This document shows, one piece after another, positions 47,017 to 56,262 of a DNA stretch of 64,000 nt. Both the position numbers and the translations under genes were made by a program. Origin of the DNA: Candidatus Latescibacterota bacterium (GTDB lineage: Bacteria > Latescibacterota > UBA2968 > UBA8231). The DNA is taken from the NCBI GenBank assembly GCA_965217585.1, contig OZ244561.1, positions 6,976,001 through 7,040,000 on the forward strand, in the 5' to 3' direction. A model generated the notes under the pieces. That model worked only from the letters and a program-made list of their open reading frames with translations, did no database searches and was not told the origin of the DNA. Positions within the stretch are counted from its first letter, which is position 1; every line of letters begins with the position of its first letter.

Positions 47017-48435
47017 ATGCCCCCGCCCTCGACCCGCGTCATCGCCACGCTAGCCAATGCTGCAGGGCGTCGCAGCATTTCCTTCGAGTACCAGCAAACG
47101 CCCATCTACCATACGCCCGTCACCGTCGAAGTCCCTCTCGACGAAAAGGGCTGTCTTGCGGTGGAACTGCCGTTTACGGAAGCGCAAATGGCTTCGGTCA
47201 ATCTCGACGAGGAGGTCAAGCTCTTTCTGGAACCGGGCGACCAATTGCACATCGACGCGGACTTGCTCGACCTGCCTCAATCTCTCCGCTTCTCCGGTCA
47301 GGGCGCGGCCAACAACCAGTTCCTCGCCGCCCTGCGGTCTCGCTTCCCCGACTTCCTGCGCATCAACTACAAAGACCTGGAGGTCGATGCCTTTCGCAAA
47401 ATGATCGACCAGCGGCGTTTGGAAATGACTCGCTTTCTGGACGAGGGGTGCGCCCAAGGAGGACTCACACCGGCTTTCGTCGATTACTACCGCGCCGAAA
47501 TCACCTATGATTGGGCCAAAGAACTGGTCTCTTATCCGCGCAATTACGAGAGGCAAAACGGACGGGAGAACGAAGCCCTCCCCAAGGACTATTACGACAT
47601 CCTCGATCAAGTTGAACTAGTTGACGAAACAGCTATCGGCACTTCCGATTACCGCACCTTTCTGTCGCGCAATTTCCTGCGCCTTTGGATAGAGTGGAAC
47701 GACCAGCCCGCCACTAAGCAGATGGCCACTGAGGAACGCCGAAACCTATTTGAAATCTACGTTCCCTACAATCATGCCAAGCGGACCTTGCACGGCAAAG
47801 TCCTATACTTCTTTCTCGCCGGGGAAATCGTCAGGGATTTCCAATACGGCCTGTTTAACATAGGTGAACAACGCTGGGCCGAATTTCTCCAGGACAACCC
47901 CTATCCCGAATACACCGAGGTCGTCGAAGAGGTCGTGCGGGAAGCATCCAAGGTCAAACCTGGCCAGCCCGCCCCGGACTTCACCCTCGACGATCTCCAA
48001 GGGCAAAGCGTCTCCTTGAGCGATTTCAGAGGGCAAGCGGTTTTCCTAGACTTTTGGGCGAGTTGGTGCAGCCCGTGCATTGAGGCGGTACCCCATCTAG
48101 AAGAGATCAAACAGCGGACCCAAGACCAGAAGGTCGTCTTCCTGAACATCTCTTTGGACCCCGCTGACGAGTGGCACCAAGCAGTTGATGAGCACGGCCT
48201 GACCGGCGTCCACGTTCACGCCCCGGGCGGCTGGCAAGCGGCGGTGGCTCAGTTGTACCAAGTCCGTAGCATACCCTCCTATTTCTTGGTGGGTCCAGCC
48301 GGTCGGCTGGACGGCCGCGTCAGCCATGTCTCCGATGTCGAGGAGGTGGTCAGCCGCATTGAGAAGGTGGCGTCTGGGAAGGTGCCGTCGTCATCGCCAA
48401 AAAGCATCCGATCGGAGATGGTCATCAGAGGATAG
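47017..48435 (+). CDS. TlpA-family thiol-disulfide oxidoreductase with N-terminal extension
   Basis: APDFTL..LSDFRG..LDFWASWCSPC..SIPSYFLV; RBS GAGGAG. Confidence 0.88.
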   Translation: MPPPSTRVIATLANAAGRRSISFEYQQTPIYHTPVTVEVPLDEKGCLAVELPFTEAQMASVNLDEEVKLFLEPGDQLHIDADLLDLPQSLRFSGQGAANNQFLAALRSRFPDFLRINYKDLEVDAFRKMIDQRRLEMTRFLDEGCAQGGLTPAFVDYYRAEITYDWAKELVSYPRNYERQNGRENEALPKDYYDILDQVELVDETAIGTSDYRTFLSRNFLRLWIEWNDQPATKQMATEERRNLFEIYVPYNHAKRTLHGKVLYFFLAGEIVRDFQYGLFNIGEQRWAEFLQDNPYPEYTEVVEEVVREASKVKPGQPAPDFTLDDLQGQSVSLSDFRGQAVFLDFWASWCSPCIEAVPHLEEIKQRTQDQKVVFLNISLDPADEWHQAVDEHGLTGVHVHAPGGWQAAVAQLYQVRSIPSYFLVGPAGRLDGRVSHVSDVEEVVSRIEKVASGKVPSSSPKSIRSEMVIRG

Positions 48436-48601
48436 CCGCATTGGGACAGTGCTATTTGGAGGGTTGCCGTCCAACAACGCTATCTATATTTATTAGGGAT
48501 AGGGAATAAAGTGATACCTCGCGGACGGGTGTTCACGATTCCCGTCGGGTGCCATTTTCGCGCGATCCTTCGCTCCGCACCATCGACAACCGCAGGTTCC
48601 C

Positions 48602-49945
48602 ATGCCAGCCCCCAATATCGTCTATATCCACTCACACGACACCGGCCGCTACGTCCAACCCTACGGCCACGCCATACCCACGCCTCATATCCAGCAGCTA
48701 GCCGAGGAAGGCGTCCTCTTCCGCCAAGCCTTTTGCGCCAACCCCACCTGCTCGCCCAGCCGCGCCAGCCTGCTCACCGGCCAGTGGGCCCATTCCTGCG
48801 GCATGACCGGCTTGGTCAACCGAGGCTGGACCTTGCCCAACCCAGAACGGCTACTGACTCATACCCTGCAAAAAGCCGGCTACACCACGGCCATGGCCGG
48901 CTTCCAGCACGTGGTAGCGGACATCAACGACGGCGGCTTCACCCGCCTATTGCCCCAAGAGTCCCCAGATAGCAAAACCGAGGCCCGAGCCGCCGCCTTT
49001 TTAGCCGAAGATCATCAAGCTCCCTTCTATTTAGACGTGGGCTTTAGCGAAACCCATCGCCAAGGACGCGGTTTTGCGCCCCAGCCCCACGGCGAGGACC
49101 CCACCGATCCACGCTATCTGCGGCCCCCCGCGCCTTTCCCCGATACGCCCGAGACGCGCCGCGACATGGCCGCATACATCGACGCGGCCCGCACCCTCGA
49201 CGCCAAAATGGGCCGCGTCTTCGCCGCCCTGCGGGACAACGGTTTAGCCGACAATACCCTCGTCATTTGCACCACCGATCACGGCATTGCCTTTCCCACC
49301 ATGAAGTGCAACCTCACCGACCACGGCCTTGGCGTCATGCTGGTGATACGCGGTCCGGGCGGCTTCAGCGGCGGCCAAATGGTCGATGCCTTGGTCAGCC
49401 AAGTCGATATCTATCCGACGGTCTGTGCTTTAGCCGGGATCGCATTGCCCGATCACGTGCAGGGCACCTCGCTCCTACCGCTGGTAAACGGCCAAACGCG
49501 AGAAATCCGCCGCGAAATTCTCGCCGAAGTGAACTACCACACCTACTACGAACCCCAGCGCTGCATCCGCACGCCGCGCTTCAAGTACATCCGCCGCTTT
49601 GACCAGCGCCAATACCCGGTCATGCCCAATTGCGACGACAGCCTGACCAAAGACTATTTTATCGACCAAGGCTGGCGGCAATGCACGCTGGAGAGCGAAC
49701 GACTCTACGACTTGGTCTTCGACCCGCACGAAACCCACAACTTGGCCGCAGACCCCAATTGCCGAGATCACTTGGAAGATCTGCGCCAGCGCCTCGACCA
49801 ATGGATGCAAAGCACCGACGACCCCCTAGCCCACGGACGCCCCGTAGTGCCACCCGCTACCGCAGTAGTCAACGATCCCGATGCCCGCTCGCCCTCGGAG
49901 CCACACCACCCGGCCCGCGAATTTTTGGGCATCTATCCAGAGTGA
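48602..49945 (+). CDS. Formylglycine-dependent sulfatase (cytoplasmic)
   Basis: PNIVYIHSHD, CSPSRASLLTG, TTDHG, LYDL..DP.E..NLA; no signal peptide. Confidence 0.92.
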   Translation: MPAPNIVYIHSHDTGRYVQPYGHAIPTPHIQQLAEEGVLFRQAFCANPTCSPSRASLLTGQWAHSCGMTGLVNRGWTLPNPERLLTHTLQKAGYTTAMAGFQHVVADINDGGFTRLLPQESPDSKTEARAAAFLAEDHQAPFYLDVGFSETHRQGRGFAPQPHGEDPTDPRYLRPPAPFPDTPETRRDMAAYIDAARTLDAKMGRVFAALRDNGLADNTLVICTTDHGIAFPTMKCNLTDHGLGVMLVIRGPGGFSGGQMVDALVSQVDIYPTVCALAGIALPDHVQGTSLLPLVNGQTREIRREILAEVNYHTYYEPQRCIRTPRFKYIRRFDQRQYPVMPNCDDSLTKDYFIDQGWRQCTLESERLYDLVFDPHETHNLAADPNCRDHLEDLRQRLDQWMQSTDDPLAHGRPVVPPATAVVNDPDARSPSEPHHPAREFLGIYPE

Positions 49946-50032
49946 GATAATTGCCGGAGGTGTATCGGTTCGCGCCGTAAGCCTCGCTACCATTAACCAG
50001 GGCATTTGCCCAACTCCATAAAGGAGGCCCCT

Positions 50033-51367
50033 ATGAAATCCGCTCTGTTTTTCCTACTCACCTGCGCCTTGACCCTAGGCGCATGTTCCGACCGCGATCC
50101 CGTTTCCGCCAACCAGCCAACCGAAGCGGCCGCCAAGCGCAGAATCAGCAGCATAACTTTGACTAGCATTCCCGTCGCCGGGCTAGCCGAGTCGCGGATC
50201 CCATCGCTCGGTGCGGTCGAGGTCAACGCCGGAGAACCCGTAAAGATCCGTTCGTTGCTCGCGCACACCATCGCGCCGTCGATTGGTATATCGCAACGCC
50301 ACGGCGTTGAGTTAGCCGTGCGAGACATCGGTAGCATCCACGGCTACGCGATCGAACTCGGCGAGCCGGTAGATGGCACGTGTGGGCCGGATGGTGGGCG
50401 CATAGGTGCCGAGCAGATCAGCGCCGACCCGCAGATGATCGGCGTAATTGGCACGTCCTGCTCCGGCGCGGCCGTAGCGGCCTCACCGGTGCTCAGCGCG
50501 GCAGGCTTGGTGATGATCTCGCCATCCAATACATCGCCTCGGCTCACGTCCGACCTCGCCGGCAACCCCGGCCCCGACTACCACCCCGGGTATTTCCGCG
50601 TTGATGACAACGATCTCTACCAGGGGCAGGCAGTCGCCGACTTCGCTTACAGTGAACTGGGTCTGCGGCGCATGGCGACCGTCGATGACGGCGACCCGTA
50701 CACCACAGCCCTCGTCAGCGCGTTTGGCGATGCGTTCCGAGCCCTCGGCGGTGAAGTCGCGGCCATCACCCGGATTGACAAAGGTGACACGGACATGACG
50801 GAGGTCCTCGCAGAAATTGCGGCAACCGGTCCAGACGGCATCTTCTTCCCGCTCTTCGAGGTGGAAGGCTCGCCCTTCACCCAGCAGGCGCGAGAGTTCG
50901 ATGGCCTAGAAGACGCGACACTCATTACGGGCGCGGCTCTGCTGATCTCGGGATTCCTCGGCCAGCCGCACTCAGAGGGCGTTTACGGTGCGGGGCCGGT
51001 GGCGGATCTCGGCGTGAACGTCAATGCTTTCACCGGCCAGAACGCAGGCGAAATACTCGCCGCGTATGAAGCCACATACGGAGAGTCGCCAGCCTCGGCG
51101 TACTGGGCCCATGCGTACGACGCGACAACGCTGCTGCTGAGCGCCATCGAGTCTGTTGCCGTGGTGGAGGACCGGAAGTTATCTGTGGACCGCGCTGCGC
51201 TACGCGCGGAACTCAGCGCGACGTCCGGCTTTCAGGCCCTCCTCGGCGCATTCTCCTGCGACTATTTCGGCGACTGCGGCACCGGGCGCGTGAACATCTA
51301 TCACCACACAGACTCCGGCGTTACGGATCCCGCGCAGTTGCCGGTGGTGTACCAGTTCGCGCCGTGA
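50033..51367 (+). CDS. LivJ/LivK-like branched-chain amino acid ABC substrate-binding lipoprotein
   Basis: LGAC lipobox; VIGTSCSGA, MISPSNT, YFR, AYDAT. Confidence 0.88.
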   Translation: MKSALFFLLTCALTLGACSDRDPVSANQPTEAAAKRRISSITLTSIPVAGLAESRIPSLGAVEVNAGEPVKIRSLLAHTIAPSIGISQRHGVELAVRDIGSIHGYAIELGEPVDGTCGPDGGRIGAEQISADPQMIGVIGTSCSGAAVAASPVLSAAGLVMISPSNTSPRLTSDLAGNPGPDYHPGYFRVDDNDLYQGQAVADFAYSELGLRRMATVDDGDPYTTALVSAFGDAFRALGGEVAAITRIDKGDTDMTEVLAEIAATGPDGIFFPLFEVEGSPFTQQAREFDGLEDATLITGAALLISGFLGQPHSEGVYGAGPVADLGVNVNAFTGQNAGEILAAYEATYGESPASAYWAHAYDATTLLLSAIESVAVVEDRKLSVDRAALRAELSATSGFQALLGAFSCDYFGDCGTGRVNIYHHTDSGVTDPAQLPVVYQFAP

Positions 51368-51405
51368 GCTAGCTGACGGATAACACAATCAGGAGGTTGA
51401 TACCC

Positions 51406-52665
51406 ATGAGTAATGCATTCAGAAAATTCCACATCGCGCTGCTGGCGGCTCTGGTGGCAGCGTGCGGCGGCGACGATGAACCGCTCGGCTTTGAGGCGGG
51501 GCCGCTCGGCTCAGTTGAGGTCGGCGCGGGCGAGACCGTGCAGATCCGCTCGTTGCTCTCGATCACTGGCGCGGCGTCGCTGGGTGGGGCGTTGCGCTAC
51601 GGCGTCGAGTTGGCCGTGCGCGACTTCGGCGACATCCACGGCCGCGCAGTCGAACTCGGCGAGTCTATGGACAGCATGTGCTCGCCGGAGGGCGGACGCG
51701 CAGGTGCCGAGCAGATCAGCGCTGACCCGCAGGTACTCGGCGTCATTGGCACGTCGTGCTCGGCCGCGGCCGTGGAGGCCTCACCGCTGATCAGCGAGGC
51801 GGGGCTGGTGATGATTTCGCCGTCCAACACATCGCCGTTGCTCACATCCGACCTCGCCGGCAACGCCAATCCCAACTACCACCCCGGCTATTTCCGCACC
51901 TCTAACAACGACCTCTATCAGGCGAACGCGGTCGCCGATTATGCCTACGGTGAATTGGGTCTGCGGCGCATGGTGGCTGTTGACGACGGCGACCCATACA
52001 CGACAGCCCTCGTCAGCGCGTTTGGCAATGCGTTCGGCGCACGCGGCGGCGAGGTCGCGGTCACTGCCCGCATCGACAAGGGCGATACGGACATGACGCC
52101 CGTCCTCGCAGAATTCGCCGCCGCCGAGCCGGACGGCATCTTCTTCCCGCTCTTCGAGGTGGAAGGCTCGCTCTTCGCCGAGCAGGCGCTGGCGTTCGAG
52201 GGACTGGAAGACGCAACGCTAATCACGGGTGCAGCTCTCCTCGTGTCCGAATTCCTCGCCACGCCGCAGTCGGAGGGCATGTACTTCGCCGGGCCGGAGT
52301 CGGACCACGGCGCGAACGTCAATGCTGCGACCGGCAAGAACGCGGACGAAGTGCTCGCCGCGTATGAAGCCACGTACGGTGGGTCGCCTACTTCTCCGTA
52401 CTGGGCGCACGCGTACGACGCCACGACGGTGCTGCTGAGAGCCATTAAATCCGTTGCGGTAGAGCAAGGCGGCAAATTGTACCTAGACCGCGCCGCGCTG
52501 CGCGAGGAGATCGCGGCGACGGACGGCTTTCAGGGGATTATCGGCGCGATCTCCTGCGACGATTTCGGCGACTGCGGCACCGGACGCATCAACATCTACC
52601 ACCACACGGACACGAGCATCACGGACACCGCGCAGTTGCCGGTAGTGTACCAGTTCGCGCCGTGA
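51406..52665 (+). CDS. LivJ/LivK-like substrate-binding lipoprotein (tandem paralog)
   Basis: VAAC lipobox; highly similar to the upstream copy, same QLPVVYQFAP end. Confidence 0.88.
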   Translation: MSNAFRKFHIALLAALVAACGGDDEPLGFEAGPLGSVEVGAGETVQIRSLLSITGAASLGGALRYGVELAVRDFGDIHGRAVELGESMDSMCSPEGGRAGAEQISADPQVLGVIGTSCSAAAVEASPLISEAGLVMISPSNTSPLLTSDLAGNANPNYHPGYFRTSNNDLYQANAVADYAYGELGLRRMVAVDDGDPYTTALVSAFGNAFGARGGEVAVTARIDKGDTDMTPVLAEFAAAEPDGIFFPLFEVEGSLFAEQALAFEGLEDATLITGAALLVSEFLATPQSEGMYFAGPESDHGANVNAATGKNADEVLAAYEATYGGSPTSPYWAHAYDATTVLLRAIKSVAVEQGGKLYLDRAALREEIAATDGFQGIIGAISCDDFGDCGTGRINIYHHTDTSITDTAQLPVVYQFAP

Positions 52666-52689
52666 GCCCGACGGAAAGCAGAGTCCCTT

Positions 52690-53395
52690 TTGACCGCAGC
52701 CCGCGCAAACGAAAATATCCGTTACGAACCAGACGAGCACTGTCCCCTATTTGTGGCCATAGGGGTAGGAGTCCAGGGTATCATAATAGGGCTGGCACCG
52801 ACGGTGTTGATCGTGGCCATCACCGCCATAGCGGCTGGCCAAGACGAACGCTACCTGTCGTGGGCCGTCTTCGCGGCGCTGATAATCAGCGGGGTGGGTA
52901 CTGCACTACAAGCGGCCAAGATCGGGCGGCTAGTCAGTGGCCACGTGCTCATTATGGGAGCCACGCCCAACTTCATCGCGGTCTCGGTTCTAGCCATCGA
53001 GGAGGGCGGGTCAGCCATATTGGCAAGCCTCATCGTCCTTTCGTCGCTCTTTTACCTAGCCTTGGCGGCGTGGCTGCCGTTGCTGCGCCGCATCATTACG
53101 CCAGTTGTCTCCGGCACGGTACTCATGCTGATTGCGGCGATGATCCTGCCCATCTCTTTCGATCGGTTGCAAGAAGTGCCCGAGGGAGCCTCACTGGCGG
53201 CGGGTCCGTGCGTGACTGCGGTGACGCTAGTTGCAGCCACGATATTGATGCTGCGCGGTCCCCGAGCTTGGCGGCCGTGGTCGCTGCTGCTAGGAATCGC
53301 CGCGGGCTGCGTGGCCGTGGTGCCGTTCGGACTGTACGACTTTGAGCACTTGACCGCCGCTTCTTGGGTTGGAATCCCCGACAGTGGATTCTCTG
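52690..53395 (+). pseudogene. NCS2 (xanthine/uracil) permease, 3'-truncated at an IS end
   Basis: IRYEPDE.., GTALQA, LRRIITPVVSGTVLMLI; about 235 aa, then runs into the IS inverted repeat; the 3' half is absent after the IS. Confidence 0.8.
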
Positions 53396-54035
53396 GAACT
53401 AATGGTGCTAGTGTTCTACCGGCTGAACTCCGCGATAGACACTTTGACGAACCCGTTTTCGTCGGGTTGCAATCCATGCCACTGGACCAGCCGGTTAAAC
53501 GTCGCTACCACCAAGCTAAGATGGGCGTTAAAATAGGCCCAAGCCCGGTGGGTGTGGTGCTTGAACCGACTAATCCGTGTTAACATGGAAAAGACCGTCT
53601 CAAGGCCCATCCGTTCGCCCCCCGTTTTGGGCGCACAGACTTTCAGGTTGGTCGGATCGCCGGCTTGGGCATGAAAGCCTTGGTCGCTCCATACGATCAT
53701 CTGGTCTTCGACGCGGCGAATCATCGGCTGCAAAACCGAATCGTGCCCATTGGCCGTGTCCCAATCCCAATCGACGATCAGCCCCCATTGATTGACGATC
53801 AAGCACCGTTTGCCGCCGCCTTTGAGCGCATACAAAACGCCCAGCGTCACCACTTCGCTGGGATATAAGGCGGCTTGAGGATGTTTGGGCACGGAGTGCA
53901 TTTGATTGTCGATACGATAGAAAAGGGCTATGATAAACTCGGCCGTGGTCATGGGAGCGCTCCTACGCTGAAGGGGTGGAAACCTCAGCCTAAGAACGGC
54001 CTAGACCACGGTCAACTCACTAGCACCAGTGGTTC
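53396..54035 (-). mobile_element. Internally deleted IS (IS982-like DDE transposase remnant, ORF 53416..53952)
   Basis: 18-bp IRs GAACTAATGGTGCTAGTG / CACTAGCACCAGTGGTTC (16/18 match); ORF with KHPQA.L.PSEVVT, TAN.HD, SDQGF, ER..LETVFS; only 640 bp; no TSD seen. Confidence 0.75.
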
Positions 54036-54048
54036 TGCAGAACTTTGC

Positions 54049-54078
54049 TTGACAATTCACAAATTTTTTTCATATAAT
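54049..54078 (+). promoter_or_regulatory. Consensus sigma70 promoter of cluster C
   Basis: TTGACA-18 bp-TATAAT, then RBS AAGGAGGT before ATG 54133. Confidence 0.8.
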
Positions 54079-54132
54079 ATTTTATATATCCCGAGAGAAG
54101 AGAACCGCAATAACCTTCAAGGAGGTGGAATC

Positions 54133-56055
54133 ATGAGAGTGATCAAGGCGGGATTGGCAGCCTTGACGACAGTATTTTTGGGTGTCGGCTCTACCTATGG
54201 TCAAGCCGGTAACCCGGATTATCACTTCGTCCGGAGCGAGCCTCTGCAGATCATGCACATCGATCTGGGAGATGTGAACTACAATTTCGAGGGTGAGGCC
54301 ACCATCGGCTTCACCCTGCGGGACAGCCGGGCCCATATCTGGTTGGTGATCTACACCAAGGACCAGCCGACGCCGGAGGGCTTCGGTGGCCCCAAATCGC
54401 CTATCGCGCCCAACGGTGCGCTGTGGCGCCAGGCAGGAATTCCCAATATGGTGACCGTGGTGGACAAGGGCCAATTTGAAGAGGGCTCGCATACCATCAC
54501 TTGGGATGGGATGGATTTTGAGGGCAATAAAGTAGAGTCTGGCAATTACACCCTCTACGTGATCGGCCTGAACGACCAGGACGACGCCAACCTGGTGGGC
54601 GTCGCGGGTTGGAACGGGTTTACGAATGGGTTTATGGATGTCTTAGTGGATTCTGAGGGGCAGGGGTGGATCATCAGCAATGCCCGCGAGCTGCCGGGTG
54701 CGAGCTTTAACAATCATTACATCATGTATAAGATCGGGGAGCACAACTGGCTGGAGGATCCCACTGGCTACAACCTCATTTTCGTCCCGAACGCCACGAG
54801 CTCCTGGACCACGGCCATAAACCCGGATAACATTTTCGAGATGTGGGGCGCCAGCGTCTACGATAATCCTGAGGCGGCCAATACGACCGAGGGGATGATA
54901 GGAGAAAGCCAGCAGGGACTGTCCGCCTGGATCATAGCCGAAGACTTTTCGCAGGGTGACCCGCGGCCGGGCTTCGGGGATGAGAACGGCCAGGTTAACG
55001 TCGTTCCCACCGGCAACACGAATAAGTACGCGGGTATGAGCTACAACAACGGGCGCTTGTATGCGACTCGGGGGAAGTGGCAAGCCGATCCGCCGCTCGC
55101 CGAGATCCTCGTCTTGGATGCCCAGACCGGCGAGCTGGTAGAGCTCATAGACGTGAGCGAGTGGTGGCTGGATACCGGTATCGACCCCGAGAGCGGTGAT
55201 GAGACCACCCTAACCGTGGGGCCGAATAACCTCTTCGCGAACGACACGGGGCTCTACATGACCTCGGGCGGGTTCGGAAGATCAGGGGTTACTGCTTCTT
55301 TCGGCCGGTTTATGCTTACTGACTTCGACGCCAACCCCATCTGGGTCAACGGCAATGGGGACGACATCGGAGACGTCATTGCCCCAGAAGTAGCCGAGGC
55401 GCTGGGCATGACTGCCCGGATCAATGAGGCCAGTACGATCCAGGCGACCAGCGCCGGATTCGTCGCGATCTCCGAGGAGGGTATAGGGGAGGAGCAGTTG
55501 CACTACGGGGCGATTGTCGGTCCGGACGGCGCCGGGCTCTTCCACATAGATATCGCCAAAGCTCCGCAGAGTCCGGGTCCGTGGAGCTCGGGGATCGATA
55601 TCATCCACGAGGGTTCGGACTACGACGGTATTTATTATACTACCTTTGACTCTACCTTCTTTCATGAGCACGCGATCTGGAATGAGATCGCCCACGCGCC
55701 CTTCCGGATTGCCCAGGCGGTCATCGGCACGAGCGTGGAGACGGTAGTGGAAGAGATGGATGGCGCACCCACGCCAGAACAATACGCTCTGAGCGATGCT
55801 TACCCCAACCCGTTCAACCCTGAGACCACCATCGAGTTTGCTCTTCCGCAGGAAGGTCCTGCGCTGATGATGGTCTACAACATCCAGGGGCAGAAGGTGA
55901 AGTCCCTGGTCAACGAGGTGCTTCCGGCTGGTCAGTATCGAGCCGTTTGGGACGGGACCGATACCTCTGGTCGGGCCGTGTCCAGCGGGGTCTATCTCTA
56001 CAGGCTGCGCAGTGGAAGCTTTGTGGAGACCAAGAGGATGAGCTTGATTAAGTAG
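54133..56055 (+). CDS. Secreted protein with N-terminal FlgD-like domain, propeller-like core and T9SS type-A-like C-terminal domain
   Basis: Signal peptide; ITWDGMD.EG..V.SGNY near the N-terminus; C-terminal AYPNPFNPETTIEF..YNIQGQKV..WDGTD..SSGVYLY..KRMSLIK. Confidence 0.85.
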   Translation: MRVIKAGLAALTTVFLGVGSTYGQAGNPDYHFVRSEPLQIMHIDLGDVNYNFEGEATIGFTLRDSRAHIWLVIYTKDQPTPEGFGGPKSPIAPNGALWRQAGIPNMVTVVDKGQFEEGSHTITWDGMDFEGNKVESGNYTLYVIGLNDQDDANLVGVAGWNGFTNGFMDVLVDSEGQGWIISNARELPGASFNNHYIMYKIGEHNWLEDPTGYNLIFVPNATSSWTTAINPDNIFEMWGASVYDNPEAANTTEGMIGESQQGLSAWIIAEDFSQGDPRPGFGDENGQVNVVPTGNTNKYAGMSYNNGRLYATRGKWQADPPLAEILVLDAQTGELVELIDVSEWWLDTGIDPESGDETTLTVGPNNLFANDTGLYMTSGGFGRSGVTASFGRFMLTDFDANPIWVNGNGDDIGDVIAPEVAEALGMTARINEASTIQATSAGFVAISEEGIGEEQLHYGAIVGPDGAGLFHIDIAKAPQSPGPWSSGIDIIHEGSDYDGIYYTTFDSTFFHEHAIWNEIAHAPFRIAQAVIGTSVETVVEEMDGAPTPEQYALSDAYPNPFNPETTIEFALPQEGPALMMVYNIQGQKVKSLVNEVLPAGQYRAVWDGTDTSGRAVSSGVYLYRLRSGSFVETKRMSLIK

Positions 56056-56062
56056 GAGGGAA

Positions 56063-56112
56063 CAGGGGCAGATAGGGCGGAGCAATCCTCCATGTCTGCC
56101 CCTGAACTTTTT
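56063..56112 (+). terminator. Probable terminator hairpin
   Basis: CAGGGGCAGA...TCTGCCCCTG stem followed by AACTTTTT. Confidence 0.6.
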
Positions 56113-56262
56113 GGCAAAAGAGAGAGCGCGGAGGGATTTTACTGTGTCGCGAGGCAGCCTCTCATCCATTCAGACAGCTGAATTTTCCGGAACCTATCGC
56201 AATCAGTCTGTGAGGTATTGACCGCCACAAAACCGCATGGTGCCCTCGAGGAGACGGCCCTC

